Of a stretch of 64,000 nt of DNA, positions 57,316 to 64,000 are shown in pieces. The notes beneath the pieces were generated by a model. That model searched no databases. It had not been told where the DNA came from and saw only the letters and a program-made list of their open reading frames with translations. Both the position numbers and the translations under genes were made by a program. Numbering within the stretch: the first letter of the stretch is position 1; the number at the start of each line of letters is the position of its first letter. Origin of the DNA: Steroidobacteraceae bacterium (GTDB lineage Bacteria; Pseudomonadota; Gammaproteobacteria; Steroidobacterales; Steroidobacteraceae); assembly GCA_036262215.1 (NCBI GenBank), contig DATAJH010000106.1, forward strand, positions 3,207-67,206, written 5' to 3'.

Positions 57316-58464
57316 TCACTCCAGGGTCTTGCGCATGGCGGCGCGGCTGCCCAGAGCCAGCGCCGCCGCCATCGCCGCCAGCGCCAGCGTGTTCGGTACG
57401 ATCACCGACCAGACATCGCCGGCGAGAAACACCGTCTGCAGCAAGGCTACGTAATAACGCGCCGGCAGCGCATAGCTGATGACCTGCACCACGACCGGGG
57501 TGCTGCGCAGATCGAACAGAAAGCCCGACAGCATGAAGGCCGGCATGAAAGTCACCAGCATCGTGAGCTGGCTCGCTACCAGCTGGTTCCTTACCCAGGA
57601 TGAGATCAGCAGGCCGATGCCAAGCGCCACCAGCACGTACAGCATCGATGCGCCGAGCAGCACCCACAGTTCGCCGCGCAACGGCACATGAAACAGGAAC
57701 CGGGCCGAGAGCACGCACAGGGCAAATCCGATCAGGGCAAGCAGGAAATACGGCAGCGTCTTGCCGAGCAGGATCTCGTCGCTGCGTACCGGCGTGACCA
57801 GCAGCGCCTCCAGGGTGCCGCGCTCCCATTCGCGCGCCATCACCATGGCCGTCAGCAGCCCGCCGATCAGCGTCATCACCAGCACCACCAGCCCCGGCAC
57901 CAGGAAATAGCTGCTGTCATCGGCCTCGTTGAACCACAGCCGCGTCTGTACGCTTACCGGCGCACTGGCGGGCTGCTGCCCCTGCGCCGCCTGACGCGCC
58001 GACCAGGTGCCAAGTACGCCCTGAACGTAGCCCTGGATGATCCGCGCCCGATTGGCATCGCCGCCGTGTACGATCAGCTGCATCTCGGCATCGCCGGCAG
58101 CGACGTGACGGGAGAAGTCGGCGGGGATGCGCACGATGCCATCGACCGAATGCGCGAGCAGCAGAGCCTGCGCCGGCGGCATCGCCCGCATCAGCTGCGG
58201 CTTGAAATACGGCGACAGCTGAAAACCCGCGGCCAACTCCATCGCCTCGGGCGTGGGCTGCTCCATCACCACCGCGATCGGCACGTTTCTGACGTCGAGC
58301 GACAGCCCGTAGCCGAACAGCAGAATCAGGATCAACGGCAATATCACGCCGATCGCGATGCTGGAAGGATCGCGCATCACCTGGTGGGTCTCCTTCCACA
58401 CCAGCGCGCGGATGCGGCGCAGCTTTGCGTGTGCCAGTAAACCCATGGGTTGCGGCGACGTCAT
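57316..58464 (-). CDS. ABC-2 type transporter permease (YbhS-like)
   Basis: ...IRALVWKETHQVMRDPSSIAIGVILPLILILLFGYG.... Same architecture as the downstream paralog. ATGA overlap with the ATPase gene. Confidence 0.9.
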   Translation of the reverse strand: MTSPQPMGLLAHAKLRRIRALVWKETHQVMRDPSSIAIGVILPLILILLFGYGLSLDVRNVPIAVVMEQPTPEAMELAAGFQLSPYFKPQLMRAMPPAQALLLAHSVDGIVRIPADFSRHVAAGDAEMQLIVHGGDANRARIIQGYVQGVLGTWSARQAAQGQQPASAPVSVQTRLWFNEADDSSYFLVPGLVVLVMTLIGGLLTAMVMAREWERGTLEALLVTPVRSDEILLGKTLPYFLLALIGFALCVLSARFLFHVPLRGELWVLLGASMLYVLVALGIGLLISSWVRNQLVASQLTMLVTFMPAFMLSGFLFDLRSTPVVVQVISYALPARYYVALLQTVFLAGDVWSVIVPNTLALAAMAAALALGSRAAMRKTLE

Positions 58465-60242
58465 GCGGCAGCCTGGGCCGCCCGCGCCTGCTCCACCACG
58501 GCGATGAAAGCATCCTCCATGCTCGGTTCGGGTCGGGCCTCGGTCCGGGCGCGTTGGCGCACTTCAGCCGGCGATCCCTGCGACAGCACCTGGCCGGAAT
58601 CCATGATTGCGACGCGGTCGCAGTACTCGGCCTCCTGCATGAAGTGCGTGGTGACGATGATGGTCACGCCCTGCTCCGCCAGTGCGGTGATGCGGCGCCA
58701 GAACGCGCGCCGCGCCAGCGGATCGGCGCCGCTGGTGGGTTCATCGAGAAACAGGATCTCCGGCTCGTGCAGCAGTGCCGCGGCCATCGCCAGCCGTTGC
58801 TTGAAGCCGCCGGGCAGTTGCGCGCTGGTGGCGCGCAGATGTTCGCCGAGTTCAAACTGCTGCGTCGCCCAGGCGATCCGGGCACGCTTGCGCTCGCCGC
58901 GCAGGCCGTAGGCGCTGGCAAAGAATTCGAGATTCTCCAGCACGCTCAGAGGGCCGTAGAGCGCGAACTTCTGGGCCACATACCCCAATCGGGCGCGGGC
59001 TGAGGCCGACGCGGTGCGTACGTCGGCGCCGGCGACACGCAGCTGGCCTGCGCTCGGTGCCAGCAGACCGCACAGCATGCGGAAGGTGGTGGTCTTACCC
59101 GCCCCATTGGGACCGAGCAGGCCGAAAATCTCACCGCGCCGAACTTCGAAGCTGATGCGATCGACCGCGGTAAAGGCGCCGAATTTCTTCAGCAGCCGCT
59201 GCACCTGCACCACCGCGTCGCCAGCCTGGCCGGCGACCGGACGCGTGACCGAGATCTGCGGCAGGCGCTCACGCTCGACCGCGGTGCGCAGCAGCATCAT
59301 GAATCCGTCCTCGAACCGCGACGGCACGGAATCGACCGATAACCCGTGCAGCGCAGCGTCGAGCGCAGCCGGCTGCGCGCCAGCGGCGCAAACGAAATGC
59401 ACCCGCCCGCCATCGGGCACGGCGTCGACGATGTCAGGCTGATCCAGCAGCCGCGCCTGCAGCACGCGCGGCGATTGCTGCGCCGACGGCGTAGCCACGA
59501 AGCAGCGACCGGCGGCCATGTCAGCTACCTGCTGTGGCGATCCTCGCGACAGCACTTTGCCCTGGTTCAGCAGGATCACGCGACTGCAGCGCTCGGCCTC
59601 GTCCAGGTAGGCGGTACTCAGCAGCACAGTCAAGCCCTGCTCGGCGACCAGCCGGCGCACGATGTCCCACAGCTCGCGCCGCGATATCGGATCAACGCCG
59701 ACCGTGGGCTCATCCAGCAGCAGCAATTCGGGCGAGCGCACCAGCGTGCAGGCCAGGCCAAGCTTCTGTTTCATGCCACCCGACAACTGACCGGCGAGAC
59801 GCGCCCGGAACGGAGCGAGCGCGGTCATCTCGAACAGCGCCGGATAGCGTTGCGCGCGTCCGGCGGCGCTCACGCCGTGCAGATCGGCGTACAGGTCGAG
59901 GTTTTCCTGGACGCTGAGGTCCTCGTACAGACCGAAGCGTTGCGGCATGTAGCTGATTCGATCCTGCACCTGCTGCGCATCGGTGGTGACATTCAATCCC
60001 AGCACCGTGAGCGATCCGGCATCGACGTGCAGCAGGCCGGCCGCCAGGCGCATCAGCGTGGTCTTGCCGGCGCCGTCCGGGCCCACCAGTGCGGTCAGTT
60101 CTCCATAGCGGGCCTCGAACGAAACCCCAGCCAGCGCCTGCACCGGCGAATCGTCTTTGCGGCGGAACTGCTTATGCAGCTGCTGTGCGACCAGGGCCGC
60201 TGCACCGCGGCCCGCGTCGCCGGTGTCGACCGCAGCGTTCAT
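58461..60242 (-). CDS. tandem-cassette ABC transporter ATP-binding protein (YbhF-like)
   Basis: Two complete cassettes: GPDGAGKTT / LSGGMKQKLGLA / LLLLDEPT and GPNGAGKTT / LPGGFKQRLAMA / ILFLDEPT. Confidence 0.93.
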   Translation of the reverse strand: MNAAVDTGDAGRGAAALVAQQLHKQFRRKDDSPVQALAGVSFEARYGELTALVGPDGAGKTTLMRLAAGLLHVDAGSLTVLGLNVTTDAQQVQDRISYMPQRFGLYEDLSVQENLDLYADLHGVSAAGRAQRYPALFEMTALAPFRARLAGQLSGGMKQKLGLACTLVRSPELLLLDEPTVGVDPISRRELWDIVRRLVAEQGLTVLLSTAYLDEAERCSRVILLNQGKVLSRGSPQQVADMAAGRCFVATPSAQQSPRVLQARLLDQPDIVDAVPDGGRVHFVCAAGAQPAALDAALHGLSVDSVPSRFEDGFMMLLRTAVERERLPQISVTRPVAGQAGDAVVQVQRLLKKFGAFTAVDRISFEVRRGEIFGLLGPNGAGKTTTFRMLCGLLAPSAGQLRVAGADVRTASASARARLGYVAQKFALYGPLSVLENLEFFASAYGLRGERKRARIAWATQQFELGEHLRATSAQLPGGFKQRLAMAAALLHEPEILFLDEPTSGADPLARRAFWRRITALAEQGVTIIVTTHFMQEAEYCDRVAIMDSGQVLSQGSPAEVRQRARTEARPEPSMEDAFIAVVEQARAAQAAA

Positions 60243-61258
60243 GCGCCATCACGCCGCAGCGACAGGTGCACCGTCGCCGGCATTCCAAGACGCAGCTCAT
60301 CGGCCGGATCGTGCACGAACACGCGGATTTCGTACACCAGGCTCGAACGCAGTTCCGTGGTCTCCACCGACTTGGGCGTGAATTCCGCAACCGGCGAGAT
60401 GAAGCCGACCCACCCGGCAAAGCGCCGTCCGTTGAAGGCATCGACCGTCACCGTGGCGCTCATGCCTTCGTGCACCGAACCCAGATCCGGTTCGCCCACA
60501 TAGGCCCGCACCCACTTCGGATCGGTAATAGCGAGCGTGAAGGCAGCCTTCTGCGGCGAGGCGATCTCACCCGGCTCGACGATGCGTGAGCGCACCACGG
60601 CATCGAGCGGCGCCAGCAGATCGGCGTCCTTGAGCTGCTGCTGCAGCAATGCCAGCTGCGCCTGATCGGCCCGCAGCTGGGCGTCACCCTGCGCGACGTC
60701 CTCCTTGCGCGGACCGGCGAGCTGCAGCGCCAGCGCCTTCTGATTCACCGCCAGCCTGGCGTCGGCAGTATCGAGCGCGGCTTTGGCCGCATCCATGTCC
60801 TGGCGGCTGACCGCCCGGCCAGAAGAGCTGTCGGACAGCGTGCGCAGGCGTTCATACTGCGCCCGCGCGTTGGCGGCATCGGCTGCCGCGGCGTCGACAT
60901 TGGCGCGCGCCTGCCCGATTTCCTCCGGCCGGTTGCCATGATGCAGGCGATCGACCGCCTGCTGCTGGACCGCCACGTCGGCCTCGGCCTTGGCGACCTG
61001 CGGCGCAAGCCGGCTGGTCTCGAGCTGCGCCAGCAGCTGTCCCTGCTTGACGTGATCGCCCTCCTGCACCAGCACCGCCGCGATGCGCTCGCTGCCGTTG
61101 AACGGCAGCTCCACCTGGCGCAGGTCCACGTTGCCGTACAGGCTCAACTCAGTGCGCGCGCGCTGGCGACCCATGAACCACCACAGCGCCGCCACGATGA
61201 CCAAGACCACGACGATTCCGCCAGCGAGAAAAACAGCCAGTCGCGTCATCTTCGGCAT
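60239..61258 (-). CDS. HlyD-family periplasmic adaptor (YbhG-like)
   Basis: N-terminal TM, ...GNVDLRQVELPFNGSERIAAVLVQEGDHVKQGQLLAQLE..., coiled-coil hairpin, and beta-barrel C-terminus. 4-nt overlap with the ATPase gene. Confidence 0.9.
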   Translation of the reverse strand: MPKMTRLAVFLAGGIVVVLVIVAALWWFMGRQRARTELSLYGNVDLRQVELPFNGSERIAAVLVQEGDHVKQGQLLAQLETSRLAPQVAKAEADVAVQQQAVDRLHHGNRPEEIGQARANVDAAAADAANARAQYERLRTLSDSSSGRAVSRQDMDAAKAALDTADARLAVNQKALALQLAGPRKEDVAQGDAQLRADQAQLALLQQQLKDADLLAPLDAVVRSRIVEPGEIASPQKAAFTLAITDPKWVRAYVGEPDLGSVHEGMSATVTVDAFNGRRFAGWVGFISPVAEFTPKSVETTELRSSLVYEIRVFVHDPADELRLGMPATVHLSLRRDGA

Positions 61259-61466
61259 GCGGTCACCTGCTTGCAGCGCAGTTAAGAGCAGTCCCGCAGC
61301 TCAAGTCAACCGCCGCGGCGTCGGCGGCTCGGCAATTGTGCTGACCGTGTTGGTTGTGGCGCGAGCTCAGGCGCAGGACTTTGTCGTGCAGCCGCCAGTC
61401 AGCACCGGCCTGAGCTCATCGGTGTGCTGTCTGATCAGCCGCCAATCCCGCGGCTGCCGTTACTCG

Positions 61467-62759
61467 TCAAGCATGGCTGCCGTCTGTGCACGGTTCTACG
61501 GGCATGAGTTCCACGCGTCGGTCAAGCATGTCGCTCGCATCGTCTCGCCCAGTGCCAATCAGATTTTCACGTGATCCCACTCCCGCGGCTAGGATTCGCT
61601 TTACCAGTACTGCCTGATCGGTTTCGAGGCGCGATTGGATGTATTCTGCTCGCAGCAGCGACAATCGATCATTCAGGGCGGCGGTCCCCGACGGACTGGT
61701 ATGGCCGGTGACCTGAAGACAGACCTGGCCGGCTACCGCTTTGGTCGCGATTTGGTGGATCCACATATCATAACTGCCGCTAAAGCTGCTGTCCCCCACG
61801 AGTCTGATGGAACCGGGCCGGAATAAGAATTTGACCGCCAGCCGCTTCCTGCGCAGTCCGTAGTCCACGAGATCGCCAAACGCAGCCGCGGCCTGGCTGG
61901 TGCGGCCCAGCTTTGTCAGCGAAAGGTAAACACCGTTATAAACGCGCAGTTGTTCGCCTGCCGGGCTCTTACGAGCGGTCTTGTACAAATCGAGCGCCTC
62001 GGCATAGTGCCCTTCCTGATAGGCATTGCCCGCCTCGCTCACCAAAGCAGCTGCAAGCAAGCCGTCCAGATATTCTGGTCTGATCGGATCGCCGACTTTG
62101 CTACCTTTGCAGGTAGTAATGTAGGCCTGAATGCTTGGATCTTCAGTCCAGATTGGACTGTCGCCGAAGGCAGCGACCGGAGTCGCATCCACCCCCTCCA
62201 TTCGAGCTCTTGCGACTGACTTCGCGACGATTTTTCCGGTCTTCAGATCTCCCATCACGAGGCAAAACCAGTATGACTCCCTCTGGCCGGCGGGGTTTAG
62301 TTCGGCGTTAATGGGAGTGAACGTGCCGATTAAAAAGCGTGGCTGCCGCTCGAGGCTCTGCGATGTAATGGGCTGGGCCGCGTATTGCGGGAAGTCCTTC
62401 TTCATGAGGCCCACAATGCGGTCCTGAATGCTCTGGGTCGCGCTGGATTGATAGCCGGTAATCCCATCGACCAGGGGATCGATCACCACCATCGCAGGCG
62501 CCGCCTGCGGCGCTGGCGCGGCTGTCAGCACCGCGCGTGTGGCGTTTGTAACCGCCTCATCGAAGGAGAGGATTGGCGGCGGTGGGGGCGCCGGAGTGAC
62601 CGTCGGTGGCGTAGCGGCGGCCTGCGGCGCGGGCGGCTTGGCTGTGTCCGCATCCGGCGGGATGTGTGGCTGCGGCAGATCCTTATCGCAGCCAGCGATT
62701 AGCGCGCATAGCAATGCACTATTGACGGTTCTCCGTGAGATAGGCGCGATTCTTGCCAT
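61467..62759 (-). CDS. multidomain lipoprotein with C-terminal OmpA-like peptidoglycan-binding domain
   Basis: ATG at 62759 with GGAGAG upstream. Lipobox LIAGC, Pro-rich linker, a central domain plus a TPR-like stretch (...AGNAYQEGHYAEALDLYKTA...), and a C-terminal ...VTGHTSPSGTAALNDRLSLLRAEYI...DRRVEL OmpA_C pattern. Confidence 0.8.
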   Translation of the reverse strand: MARIAPISRRTVNSALLCALIAGCDKDLPQPHIPPDADTAKPPAPQAAATPPTVTPAPPPPPILSFDEAVTNATRAVLTAAPAPQAAPAMVVIDPLVDGITGYQSSATQSIQDRIVGLMKKDFPQYAAQPITSQSLERQPRFLIGTFTPINAELNPAGQRESYWFCLVMGDLKTGKIVAKSVARARMEGVDATPVAAFGDSPIWTEDPSIQAYITTCKGSKVGDPIRPEYLDGLLAAALVSEAGNAYQEGHYAEALDLYKTARKSPAGEQLRVYNGVYLSLTKLGRTSQAAAAFGDLVDYGLRRKRLAVKFLFRPGSIRLVGDSSFSGSYDMWIHQIATKAVAGQVCLQVTGHTSPSGTAALNDRLSLLRAEYIQSRLETDQAVLVKRILAAGVGSRENLIGTGRDDASDMLDRRVELMPVEPCTDGSHA

Positions 62760-63045
62760 CGAACGTCTCTCCAAGCTGGGCTTCGAGCGTTGATTTCGGC
62801 GTCTGGGCTGTCGGCAATCGAGGCGCAGGATTATGCCGGCAGGCATCGAGAATCACGATGCTTGTGACTGCCTCGCCCCCGATTCTACCGCGATGACGAC
62901 CCAGGTTTTGGAAGCTCAGCGGATCCGGGAAACTTGGGGTAGAGTTAAAAGCGCGAGCAGGCAGGAATGCTCCAGGCATTGAACGATCGGGGAAGATCTC
63001 AAACGCGGCACACGGCTCGGCCATCGTGTTGCAGTGCAGCAGACC

Positions 63046-64000
63046 ATGATCAAGAGTGGCACCTACCCAAGGCTCGGGCAGCACGCAGGCCGCAGCGCTG
63101 CGCGCGTTCGTGTCGCGCTGAGCGCCTGTAGCCTGTCGCTGCTGGCGCCGGCGCTGGCAATGGCTCAATCGGCGCAACTGCCGCTGACGTATCAGAAATT
63201 CGAACAGGCCAGGGAGGTCGGTGATTTCCGGGCCGCAGAAGCCTATGGACGCAGCGCGCTGGCGATCGAAAACGCCCCCGGCAGCGACCCGCATGAGCGC
63301 ATCGATCTTTTGCTCCGCCTGGGCGAGGTATCGGGCAAGGCCGGCGACGACCAGCAGGCGCTGGAGTTCTACCGGCACGCGCTGTCGCTGCAGGAGTCCG
63401 AGCTCGGCCTGGTCCACCCGGATCTGGTGCCGGTGCTAACGGCGCTGGCGGATATAGAGATCAAGGACCGGCGCTACCCGGCTGCGGAGGAGCTGCTGCA
63501 ACGGGTGCTGAAAATTGAACGCGCCGCCTACGGCGAGCGGCACGAGAACGTGCTGGCAACGCTGAAGCAGCTGCGCGACGTCTATCTCGCCGCCGGCGAC
63601 ACCGACGCGCTGGCGCGGACCGACCAGCAGATCGCACGTTTCGGCGCGACGTCCAAAGACTTTTCCGTGGCGCCCGCGCCTGCCGGCAGCATTGCGGCCA
63701 GAGCTCGCCGCTACAAGCTGAATCAGGGCTATGCCACGGTGCGCGTGTTCTATGGAACCGATCGCAAGACGACCGGATCGTCGAAACCGGCCGAGTTCTA
63801 CGGCATAGAACGCGGCGAGCTTCAATACGGCTACCTGGACGTCACCATTCCGGCACTGCACCAGGAAGCCGAGCTGGAGACGCGCTCGCGCTGGGACATA
63901 GTCTCCTATTTCGTGGGTGATGCCGGGATGAGGAACCGCTATGTGCTGCTGGATTCGGTGACGCCGCAGACCAGGGAAGACTTCCTGAGCGCGTTGCGAA
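63046..64000 (+). CDS. secreted TPR-repeat protein fused to a DUF900-type alpha/beta hydrolase; 3' end beyond the window
   Basis: Hand translation; absent from the track because no stop lies in the window. MIKSGTYPRLGQHAGRSAARVRVALSACSLSLLAPALAMA signal peptide, TPR_12-like repeats (...LLLRLGEVSGKAGDDQQALEFYRHALSLQESELGLVHPDLVPVLTALADIEIKDRRYPAAEELLQRVLKIERAAYGERHENVLATL...), then ...YATVRVFYGTDRK...FYGIERGELQYGYLDVTIP..., typical of the DUF900 N-terminus. Alternative GTG start at 63034. Confidence 0.75.
   Translation, partial: MIKSGTYPRLGQHAGRSAARVRVALSACSLSLLAPALAMAQSAQLPLTYQKFEQAREVGDFRAAEAYGRSALAIENAPGSDPHERIDLLLRLGEVSGKAGDDQQALEFYRHALSLQESELGLVHPDLVPVLTALADIEIKDRRYPAAEELLQRVLKIERAAYGERHENVLATLKQLRDVYLAAGDTDALARTDQQIARFGATSKDFSVAPAPAGSIAARARRYKLNQGYATVRVFYGTDRKTTGSSKPAEFYGIERGELQYGYLDVTIPALHQEAELETRSRWDIVSYFVGDAGMRNRYVLLDSVTPQTREDFLSALR

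Noticed and set aside
62719-63861. Two minus-strand ORFs (232 aa and 141 aa) listed in the track
   Set aside because: The plus strand encodes a coherent signal peptide + TPR + DUF900 protein over the same DNA. The minus-strand products are Arg/Gln/Ala-rich with no motifs.
1-64000. CRISPR arrays, insertion sequences/transposases, prophage blocks, rRNA operons and toxin-antitoxin pairs
   Set aside because: I scanned for regularly spaced direct repeats, terminal inverted repeats flanking transposase-like ORFs, integrases and small overlapping gene pairs. None was found by eye. A computational repeat search would be needed to exclude short dispersed repeats.

Overview
Very GC-rich bacterial chromosomal segment. 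Gene content and synteny (tolQRAB-pal-cpoB-queE-queC-tRNA-Lys, ruvCAB, relA, sucAB-lpdA, manB/manC/ugd) suggest a Gammaproteobacterium of the Xanthomonadales/Nevskiales type; the taxon is an inference only. I support about 55 protein genes, 1 tRNA, 2 pseudogene remnants and a few structured or repeat elements. I saw no rRNA, CRISPR array, transposase or integrase. Most of the window is core housekeeping: murJ, nucleotide-sugar genes, a sulfate ABC importer, a two-component pair, MTA salvage genes, Tol-Pal, Ruv, RelA, 2-oxoglutarate dehydrogenase and a YbhGFSR-type ABC-2 efflux operon with its own outer-membrane factor. Many long ORFs in the supplied track are GC-driven shadow ORFs or 5'-over-extended versions of real genes. 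Two genes that run off the window edges are missing from the track and were translated by hand: a DNA methyltransferase at 1..1382 (-) and a TPR/DUF900 hydrolase at 63046..64000 (+). Most interesting items: (1) A kaiA/kaiB-less KaiC-like operon at 40638-44690 encodes an unknown 141-aa protein, a double-domain KaiC-like ATPase lacking the canonical Ser/Thr phosphosites, a sensor-less diguanylate-cyclase/histidine-kinase hybrid, and a lower-GC small ORF. It is divergent from a 1223-aa PAS/GAF c-di-GMP phosphodiesterase with a dead GGDEF. (2) A class-II-aldolase/SDR fusion lies directly upstream of mtnP-mtnA, which looks like a fused variant of the MTA/5'-dA DHAP shunt. (3) CysA carries a roughly 250-aa USP-like C-terminal extension in a reordered cysA-sbp-cysT-cysW operon. 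(4) A 28-bp AT-centred hairpin sits between manC and manB. (5) A decaying accessory patch at 19.4-20.6 kb holds a TetR-like remnant, an orphan terminator and a GNAT gene with an in-frame TGA.
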